DNA from: Bdellovibrionales bacterium
GTDB taxonomy: Bacteria; Bdellovibrionota; Bdellovibrionia; Bdellovibrionales; JAMPXM01
Direction: 5' to 3'
Assembly (NCBI GenBank): GCA_043739185.1
Contig: JAYUEN010000310.1
Coordinates: 1 to 13,176 of the forward strand
DNA length: 13,176 bases
The stretch's first letter is position 1; each line of letters starts with the position of its first letter. The position numbers and the translations under genes are program-made. This document shows positions 8,601 to 13,176 of the stretch, in pieces. Below the pieces are notes generated by a model. That model saw nothing but the letters and a program-made list of their open reading frames with translations. It was not told the origin of the DNA and ran no database searches.

Positions 8601-9340
8601 GCGCAGGGAAGTGCAAGGCCAGGAAAGCGTTTAATAGGAAGGGATAGATTGTTTTTTTCAAGGCGATATTGTTTTTTCGTTTGTGGGTCTTGAAATGATA
8701 TTTGTCGACTGAAGCATTGAGTTAGATTTTCGCCAGCACTTATTAGGTCTTCACGTAAAGGCGTTTTTGAATCTTCATCGTCGGCACCCCATTTTGGAGA
8801 ACCCGAATAGTTCGCCAGCAATTCTTCAACGATCTTTGGCTCGCCTTTTATTTTGCGATGAAATGCATTCATAGCATTAATTGAAAGTTTCGGATCATCT
8901 GGAGGTCCGAATAAAGTGATATGATGACCTTTTAGGAAATCTGGCAAATTGGCAATAGGGGCAGCTTGGCCACGTTTGCAGTAATTATCATTAAGAGGAC
9001 CTACTACCAATCGCTCTCGTGAGTCCCTTTGGCCTATCACTGTTTCATAATTGGGATCTAAATAGTCGATCTTAAGATCTTGATTTAAATGATAGGCTAG
9101 TTTGGTTCTCGTATCTATAAAGTGTCTATCGATTTTTCTTTGTTTGAGTACCAAATTCAATTCACTCTGTAATTCCTCATAGAGCTCACAGAGAAATTTG
9201 AGCGCTTCCTTTGATTCAAGTCCGCCGCTCTTGCCAATTTCAGTAAGCTGCGGAACCTGGTTCACTGGTTGAGCCTGGCCTTTAAGATAGCTTAAAAACT
9301 CGTCTGAAATAAAATCTCGGTAATATTCAATATCTCGCAA
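4622..9340 (-). CDS. 1572-aa multidomain purine-catabolic fusion: malate synthase-like / OHCU decarboxylase / beta-lactamase-family serine hydrolase / allantoicase
   Basis: Uninterrupted ORF. TTG start 5 nt after the uraH stop, with an SD-like AGAGGA inside the last uraH codons. Four domain types are recognisable by motif (see the domain features). Confidence 0.88.
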   Translation of the reverse strand: MRDIEYYRDFISDEFLSYLKGQAQPVNQVPQLTEIGKSGGLESKEALKFLCELYEELQSELNLVLKQRKIDRHFIDTRTKLAYHLNQDLKIDYLDPNYETVIGQRDSRERLVVGPLNDNYCKRGQAAPIANLPDFLKGHHITLFGPPDDPKLSINAMNAFHRKIKGEPKIVEELLANYSGSPKWGADDEDSKTPLREDLISAGENLTQCFSRQISFQDPQTKKQYRLEKNNLSLPIKRFPGLALPCAFLLYKDQPLPLHLYDFSLHLFHNWHNQEALAFYVPKLETTEEARYIKTMVARAELKIQQMHPEYRLGTIRLFVVLENPRLIFRVHELMDELFPYFAGASLGWHDYLASTARLFKEDANYRIPVKADPNIVINYIKASHQLLAEVVGARGGVKIGGMYGVLPVDNDLKGASFQLTIRGYIKDVITQMKRELSGFWVAHPDFVRLGIALVEAWKLRKEGDSVPLTTLVKSLLDKKYHQEIIEFIERPDLEGLDPDSPMYARSLIVADLKESKFIANDHPEEIRYNIFQSLQYLTDWLSGNGCVALPAQIETVPVRVMDDLATAERSRWEVWHEIHHQRFSIEDFLRIAAEEFVFIRKDLSNKQKIVQVKWDRRTEKWYPVALNIMIQLMTNPNPVEFASELLLPFSNPTIRESERPWDEMLRIDASKYKLATYIDKFNFYFSICGNQEFAQAMASQLNLDLKRAQEIILNFNVNEITAAAFFHGDIGEDKKTLDEKAQNEQSMVHQGEKDSLSQLRILGAKYLEKFGIKFLISAQGRNASELLQVLNLRLQNSIEKELINAKQALWEISAKRLLSVKHSLHDALEASLTKYNIVGAQICISSGFNKNEVLLLGEGKKALQDLTKKTLFQLASLSKSIASCFAIEYFENHQISLETSVNSLFEKTTSQFRLVSLNPAHPEWSNEVTICHLMEHTALNLHYVNGIPYDKEMPKISSLLNGNEMYSYAKVGVLNPPGQRFQYSGGGFLVLEHLIEALENNNIKDVTRSFFSSLGDLEITFDQKANAKACANGYLADGSEVPTSRKMFPAFAAGALGTAEAVTQFLEKLAQAFHDCKGAGPISHSTAVQMLFGQDKASIEFMGARMGLGIFTIEAGPNRFALHQGANDGFRCIFVYCFAGPDLGKGFTILCNADSNGVSFICEAAQRICRELNLEGVDTTSFPKQFNTKNVSPENIVNQAYKTMLFDAFRPTLPEEIVRTSLVDPLLNLSLAKGSEILEVSNQKFARAENLFSAHPPEYDPELYGMQGKIMDSWESVRHNAKASDDLIFKILKPACIRYLLISTQFHLGNQAPAIQFAAWDEESQNWKILLDRTELKGHAIQYITLEKATEKYNTFKVSQLPDGGLTRFAIFETLPNSELNKFSQVAISHPFHEAVPQPKKPLAPKYFIDSKRIQSNYARLENGEEFNVASLAYGAKIISASNEHYGPAIQILSPYTPLDMFDGFESARSRTANHFEEIVIGLKQDCKIHHIEIDFTYFKNNNPLKMQIQAFVKEQWLDLISRTNVKAYAGNTFTMPIGLNDKVQQLKIKVYPDGGFNRIRVFSRFSGLNS
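5800..6880 (-). other. Domain (aa ~821-1180): beta-lactamase/AmpC-like serine hydrolase
   Basis: TLFQLAS877LSK880 (SxxK), VTICHLMEHTA (cf. ITIxxLLxHTSG), PGQRFQY984SGGG (Yxx motif), MGLG and H1124QGANDGF (HxG motif). Confidence 0.88.
6887..7310 (-). other. Domain (aa ~678-818): OHCU decarboxylase (UraD/PucL-N-like)
   Basis: H728GDIG (cf. HPxIG), NE745QS, YLEKFGIKFLISAQG (cf. YxxKFGFxFII), RLQN and a terminal ISAKRL. Confidence 0.85.
7391..9340 (-). other. Domain (aa ~1-650): divergent malate synthase A-like TIM barrel
   Basis: ADDEDSKTP (cf. ADFEDS), R238 in PIKRFPG, FYVPKLE..EA, GTIRLFVVLE323, GWHD351Y (E-to-D spacing of 28, as in AceB E250/D278), GGM, WVAHP, WLSGNGCV and MDD564LATAERSR (cf. 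MEDAATAEISR). Confidence 0.85.
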
Positions 9341-9345
9341 GGGGT

Positions 9346-9669
9346 TTAACTTCCTCTGTATGTAGAAAAGCCGAAGGGACTTAAAAGCAATGGAACATGA
9401 TACTTTCGTGCAATATCTTCAACTTTAAATACCACCGAATTATTCATAAAGAAAAAAGCGCGCTTTTCTTTTTCAAAATATTTCTCAATTTCAAAGCTAA
9501 TCTGATAGGTCGCCGGAGTTAGCTCGCAATCAAAAGCAAAGCGACCATCTGAATTGGTAAGCCCGGCTTTGACTTCGATCCACTTTGTGCCTTCTCTCTT
9601 TTCAAGTCTCACTTTTACATCTGTTGCTGGAAGGCCACGACTCGTATCTAAAATATGGGTGCTAATCAT
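9346..9669 (-). CDS. uraH: 5-hydroxyisourate hydrolase (transthyretin-like, cytoplasmic)
   Basis: ISTHILDTSRGLPA, TNSDGR, YHVPLLLSPFGFST and the diagnostic C-terminal YRGS. No signal peptide. AAGG RBS upstream. Confidence 0.97.
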   Translation of the reverse strand: MISTHILDTSRGLPATDVKVRLEKREGTKWIEVKAGLTNSDGRFAFDCELTPATYQISFEIEKYFEKEKRAFFFMNNSVVFKVEDIARKYHVPLLLSPFGFSTYRGS

Positions 9670-9678
9670 TTTAACCTT

Positions 9679-11277
9679 CTATTTCTGGTAAATAAATTCA
9701 ACCGATAATACTTCATTTTCTCGAACTTCAATTTCTCTTGTCAGAGTGCCAAAAACCTCATGCCAAGCCTCAAGAGTATAGTGGCCAGGTGAGAGTCCTG
9801 GTATTTCATACTCGCCCTGCGAATTTGAAACGCTGAAAAAAGGATGCTCGACGACCGCAATCCATGCACTCATCCAAGGATGAACACTGCATTTTGTTTG
9901 CAGCAAGATTTCAGGTTTATCAAAAACCTGAGCAATACGATCATTTTGATTTGGCATCGCCACATTGAATTCGGCATTATTTTTAGATAATGATTTCACA
10001 TTATGAAAAACTGGATCGCTATTGATGAATTCAATTCTTTGACCAACGCGAACCCCTATGATTCGCGGCTCATATTGGCAATATCTTTGATCCAATTGCA
10101 CTGGCTTTTCGGGTATTTGATCAAAAGTTTTTCCCTCTAATCCCTTGGTAATTCGGAGCAGTACATTTTTAATTTTGTTATCGTTAATTAAAATATCATT
10201 GGCATAAACTTCAGTCTGAGCATTTTGAGCACAGGCCAATGGCAACATCAGCTTTTCACGCTTAGGAAGAATTCCTTGAAATTGAACCACTCCCTTTACT
10301 CCTGATTTTATCAACGGGCCTTCAATCGCAGAGCTTTTTTTAACTGGATTCGGGTCACTGATTGATTTTATATTTTCTTTTGAAAAGAGCATGACCCCTA
10401 AAATCAGTGTAATCCCAACTGCCAAAAAGCTCTTTGAACGCAAAGGATTCTTAAGTCTTACGACAAAAAATTCGCGAATACAGGCGCCGGCAGCACTTAT
10501 TAAGAGTAAAATGAGCCAATTTAATTTATGACCATAGGTATTGGGAAAATGATTGCTAATCATGATGAAGATTACGGGCAGAGTTAAATATGTATTATGG
10601 GTTGAGCGATTTTTTGCATTGATAGCCCATTCTTGATTGACCGGCTCGCCGCGTTTTGCGGCCGCCACTCCTTTTACCAAGCGGGGAATGATCCGCAAAA
10701 AAACATTTGCGGTCATCCAGGTTCCCAACATGCTACCCATATGCATATAGGCAGCGCGGCCACTCAGGAGATGACACAGAAAATAGGACATTCCAGAAAG
10801 CCACAATAAAGTCAGAATATGACCAAGATAGGCTTTGCTTTTTACAAAATTCTGCTCCCACAAGATATCATAAAAAAACCAAGATCCCGCAATTGAAAAA
10901 ACACTTAAGCCGATGGCCTGCCAGTAGCCAATATTTGAAATCGATGAATCGAGTAAAAAGCTGCCATTTCCCGTATAAAAAATCATGACGATTAAAAATA
11001 CGCCACTCATCCAGGTCCAATAGGATTCCCATTTAAACCAGTGAAGATGTTCAGGTACTTTCGTAGGGCCAATTAAGAGTTTTTCAACATGATAAAAGCC
11101 GCCGCCATGAACCATCCATAGATCCCCAATATGGCCCGGACTCTTAGAATTTTCATTGAATTCGAAACTTCGATCGAGCCACATAAAAAAAATAGATGTC
11201 CCAATCCAAGTAATGCCAACTGTAATATGCAGCCAACGACCTAATAATAATAACCAATCAAAAATTTCTTGATTCAA
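9679..11277 (-). CDS. puuD: PuuD-type integral-membrane urate oxidase/hydroxylase domain fused to a cupredoxin-like + carboxypeptidase-regulatory-like C-terminal region
   Basis: The N-terminal ~300 aa is multi-TM with RWLH..GITWIGTSIFF, LWMVHGGGFY, LHWFKWESYWTWMSG, SGRAAYMH.G, MTANVF..IIP, RSTHNTYLTLPVIFIMISNHFP and IREFF. The C-terminal region has DQRYCQYEP, NSDPVFHNV, KCSVHPWM and PGHYTLEAWHE. TTG start with a GAGG RBS. Confidence 0.85.
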   Translation of the reverse strand: MNQEIFDWLLLLGRWLHITVGITWIGTSIFFMWLDRSFEFNENSKSPGHIGDLWMVHGGGFYHVEKLLIGPTKVPEHLHWFKWESYWTWMSGVFLIVMIFYTGNGSFLLDSSISNIGYWQAIGLSVFSIAGSWFFYDILWEQNFVKSKAYLGHILTLLWLSGMSYFLCHLLSGRAAYMHMGSMLGTWMTANVFLRIIPRLVKGVAAAKRGEPVNQEWAINAKNRSTHNTYLTLPVIFIMISNHFPNTYGHKLNWLILLLISAAGACIREFFVVRLKNPLRSKSFLAVGITLILGVMLFSKENIKSISDPNPVKKSSAIEGPLIKSGVKGVVQFQGILPKREKLMLPLACAQNAQTEVYANDILINDNKIKNVLLRITKGLEGKTFDQIPEKPVQLDQRYCQYEPRIIGVRVGQRIEFINSDPVFHNVKSLSKNNAEFNVAMPNQNDRIAQVFDKPEILLQTKCSVHPWMSAWIAVVEHPFFSVSNSQGEYEIPGLSPGHYTLEAWHEVFGTLTREIEVRENEVLSVEFIYQK

Positions 11278-11293
11278 GTTTTAACCTCAAATT

Positions 11294-11776
11294 TTAATAC
11301 CGAACTTTATCGATTTTATGATTCCAAATATCAAAAACTTTTAATGCTTCATCTCTGCAAACTTGTTGCATACTAATTTTACGTGATTTTAAATCCTTGG
11401 GTATTTCTTGATAAAGAAATTCGTCGTCAAATTGAATCGCGGCCGCATCCGCCCGAGTGTTGGCGTAATAAATTTTTGACAATCGCGCCCAATAAATAGC
11501 AGACAAACACATCGGGCAGGGTTCACAACTTGTATAAATTTCGGCACCAGCTAATTCAAAATTATTCAGGTTTTTGCAGGCCTCGCGAATGGCTTCAACT
11601 TCTGCATGGGCGGTGGGATCATTGGTAAGCGTAACTTTGTTCCAGCCCTCACCAATAATTTTCTGATCTAAAACGACCACTGCTCCAAATGGACCGCCGC
11701 CTCTGGTTTCAACATTGAGCTTCGAAAGTTCGATCGCCCTTTTCATAAATTTCTGATGATTTGCATTTGAGTTCAT
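11294..11776 (-). CDS. guaD: Guanine deaminase, cytidine-deaminase-fold (Bacillus GuaD type)
   Basis: GGPFGAVVV, NDPTAHAEV, YTSCEPCPMCLSAIYWA (Zn motifs), FDDEFLY and a C-terminal Tyr typical of GuaD. Purine-catabolic context. GAGGG RBS. Confidence 0.88.
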   Translation of the reverse strand: MNSNANHQKFMKRAIELSKLNVETRGGGPFGAVVVLDQKIIGEGWNKVTLTNDPTAHAEVEAIREACKNLNNFELAGAEIYTSCEPCPMCLSAIYWARLSKIYYANTRADAAAIQFDDEFLYQEIPKDLKSRKISMQQVCRDEALKVFDIWNHKIDKVRY

Positions 11777-11797
11777 TGGTCCCTCTCTGGACCAACA

Positions 11798-11827
11798 ACT
11801 CTAGCGGGGCTTTTTAATACAGTCCAA
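11798..11827 (-). promoter_or_regulatory. Possible sigma70-type promoter for the guaD-puuD-uraH-fusion operon
   Basis: On the minus strand, TTGGAC-18 nt-TAGAGT ends 21 nt upstream of the guaD ATG. The match to consensus is imperfect. Confidence 0.3.
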
Positions 11828-11869
11828 TCCTAGACTCCTACTTTGACAAGCTGCAGGGTATTTGAGACT

Positions 11870-12400
11870 TTAAATTCCCACTGAACAATCAAATTTACCA
11901 CTCGAAGTGGGGGCTCCGGTTTTAGAAAAGCCTTTGAAAGACCCAATATAGTGCCGTTCGGTGTCAGTAGAGCCTTCAAAATCTGGCTCGGTGTTCTCAG
12001 TGATATCGATTTTATAAACCGAATTAGAAGACTTAATTTCTGCAGAAACTGGCAATACCATAGTCTCATCACCATCTCGATCGTCCATATGAGTTCTTTT
12101 GCTCGAATATTGTACACTCGTCTGCCATCCAGCTGAATCATCATTTGGCTCTGATAAAACAATTCCAAAATTACTCTTATCTAATTTTGAAATTTTGCCG
12201 TCTTTGCACTCCTGAAACTCGCTGACGCTCAATCTGATATCCGTTCCACTGTCAGGATTAATACAATTTAAAGTGACCATTCGATAGTTAAAGGAACATT
12301 CATGTCCAGGCTGAGCAACTGACTGCGCAAATAACTGTGGTGTTGCTGTTAAAAGCAAACCGAATGTCATCGAGATAATAGATTGCATGTGAATACCCAT
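11870..12400 (-). CDS. Hypothetical secreted protein
   Basis: Hydrophobic N-terminus (MQSIISMTFGLLLTATPQLFA|QS) resembling a Sec signal peptide, four Cys in the mature part, AGGGG RBS upstream. No family recognised. Confidence 0.7.
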   Translation of the reverse strand: MGIHMQSIISMTFGLLLTATPQLFAQSVAQPGHECSFNYRMVTLNCINPDSGTDIRLSVSEFQECKDGKISKLDKSNFGIVLSEPNDDSAGWQTSVQYSSKRTHMDDRDGDETMVLPVSAEIKSSNSVYKIDITENTEPDFEGSTDTERHYIGSFKGFSKTGAPTSSGKFDCSVGI

Positions 12401-12524
12401 AACTAGACCCCTATCTTAAAGTTTGAAATACCTAGGTGGAGGCTAAGATACTTGATAGTTGCACCCATTTGAATTTTATTGTGGCTCGCGCTAGTTTTTA
12501 CAAAAGTGATAACAAAAAACGTCC

Positions 12525-12585
12525 TTATTACCAGGAGCATGACATAGTTCGCTTTTTGCGAGCTATGTCATGCTCCTGGTAATAA
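12525..12585. repeat. 28-bp inverted repeat with a 5-nt T loop
   Basis: TTATTACCAGGAGCATGACATAGTTCGC-TTTTT-GCGAGCTATGTCATGCTCCTGGTAATAA. 27 of 28 positions pair by Watson-Crick rules, and the remaining one is a T.G wobble on the + strand. Confidence 0.95.
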
Positions 12586-12687
12586 ATGCTCAATTGAAAA
12601 TTGTTTAAACTAGCCTCGATTATATTCATTATAAATTGAAACAAGACTAGGATTTGAAGAATTCAACCCTATAATTAATTCTAAGAG

Positions 12688-13176
12688 ATGAGAAAGAGTC
12701 AAAGTTCTTCCTTAAAACTAAAAGGCCACGAAAGTGAAGTTGTAGAGCTCGATGACTTTTCTTTTGAGGGAAACTATTCCTCCCACGGAATTGGTGTTGG
12801 GAATAAAATTTCTCCGGAGCGCTTGCTCAATTTAGCTGTCGATCACAAATTTAAACATGTGGTTCAAAGCTCGACTGAAGATCATCAGCGGCAGATTTTG
12901 AGCTCGCAAATAATGTTAGAAAAGCCCAAAATATTTTTTAAGTATCCGCTGAGCACTATTGTTAAGCCAGACTCTACCAATAGTAGTACTGAAAAAGCTC
13001 TTACCAAAATTCAAATTAAATTCAAAAATTTTGAGCAAAAATCTGCTGCTCTTGAAAAATTAGTAGTCGCACTTTCTGAATCAAGTAAAGATCAATCTTT
13101 AATTTTAGATGTTAAATTAGTGGCAGATGAATTGATGTGCAATGCGCTTTACAACGCTCCTTCGCCTGAAGCTAAA
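12688..13176 (+). CDS. Partial ORF (runs off the window): putative GHKL/HATPase_c-like (anti-sigma-factor-like) protein
   Basis: Not in the ORF track. By my translation it is open for 163 codons from ATG 12688 (MRKSQSSSLKLKG...) and ends ...LDVKLVADELMCNALYNAPSPEAK, which resembles the N-box (ELxxNA) of RsbW/SpoIIAB-like ATPases. TATAAT lies at 12670-12675. Confidence 0.55.
   Translation, partial: MRKSQSSSLKLKGHESEVVELDDFSFEGNYSSHGIGVGNKISPERLLNLAVDHKFKHVVQSSTEDHQRQILSSQIMLEKPKIFFKYPLSTIVKPDSTNSSTEKALTKIQIKFKNFEQKSAALEKLVVALSESSKDQSLILDVKLVADELMCNALYNAPSPEAK

Noticed and set aside
5745..10988. Plus-strand ORFs 5745-5969, 6150-6395, 6807-7004 and 10707-10988
   Set aside because: They are short antisense shadows within the fusion and puuD-like genes and have no protein-like signatures.
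11294..11776. tRNA adenosine deaminase TadA
   Set aside because: It shares the HAE/PCxxC motifs but lacks TadA's EVPVGA and TLEPC..CAGA pattern. It has GuaD-like PFGA, AIYWA, FDD and a terminal Tyr, and it sits in a purine catabolism operon.
11777..11869. Purine-sensing riboswitch upstream of guaD
   Set aside because: The 93-bp spacer shows no recognisable three-stem purine aptamer or consensus that I can identify by eye. An Rfam/Infernal scan would be decisive.
11830..12168. Alternative ORFs 11830-12168 (-) and 11951-12136 (+)
   Set aside because: They overlap the 176-aa ORF, which has the better RBS, a signal peptide and more plausible composition.
12525..12585. Rho-independent terminator or CRISPR repeat
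   Set aside because: No gene ends nearby (the flanking genes diverge), there is no clear U-tract after the stem, and it is a single unit with no repeat-spacer array.

Overview
AT-rich bacterial DNA carrying a nearly complete purine catabolism locus in two convergent operons. The + strand has xdhA-xdhB-xdhC (xanthine dehydrogenase). The - strand has, largely in pathway order: a CDA-fold guanine deaminase, a PuuD-type membrane urate oxidase, HIU hydrolase (uraH), and a 1572-aa four-part fusion (malate synthase-like, OHCU decarboxylase, beta-lactamase-fold serine hydrolase, two-repeat allantoicase). Two things stand out. First, no known allantoinase is present in the window, and the serine hydrolase domain sits between the enzymes that make allantoin and consume allantoate, so it is a candidate non-homologous allantoinase. 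Second, the PuuD homolog has no CxxCH cytochrome c domain and instead carries a cupredoxin-like domain with a type-1 copper ligand set. The right end holds a secreted hypothetical protein, a 28-bp near-perfect inverted repeat in a divergent intergenic region, and a truncated GHKL-like ORF. All calls come from recognising motifs by eye; no searches were run.
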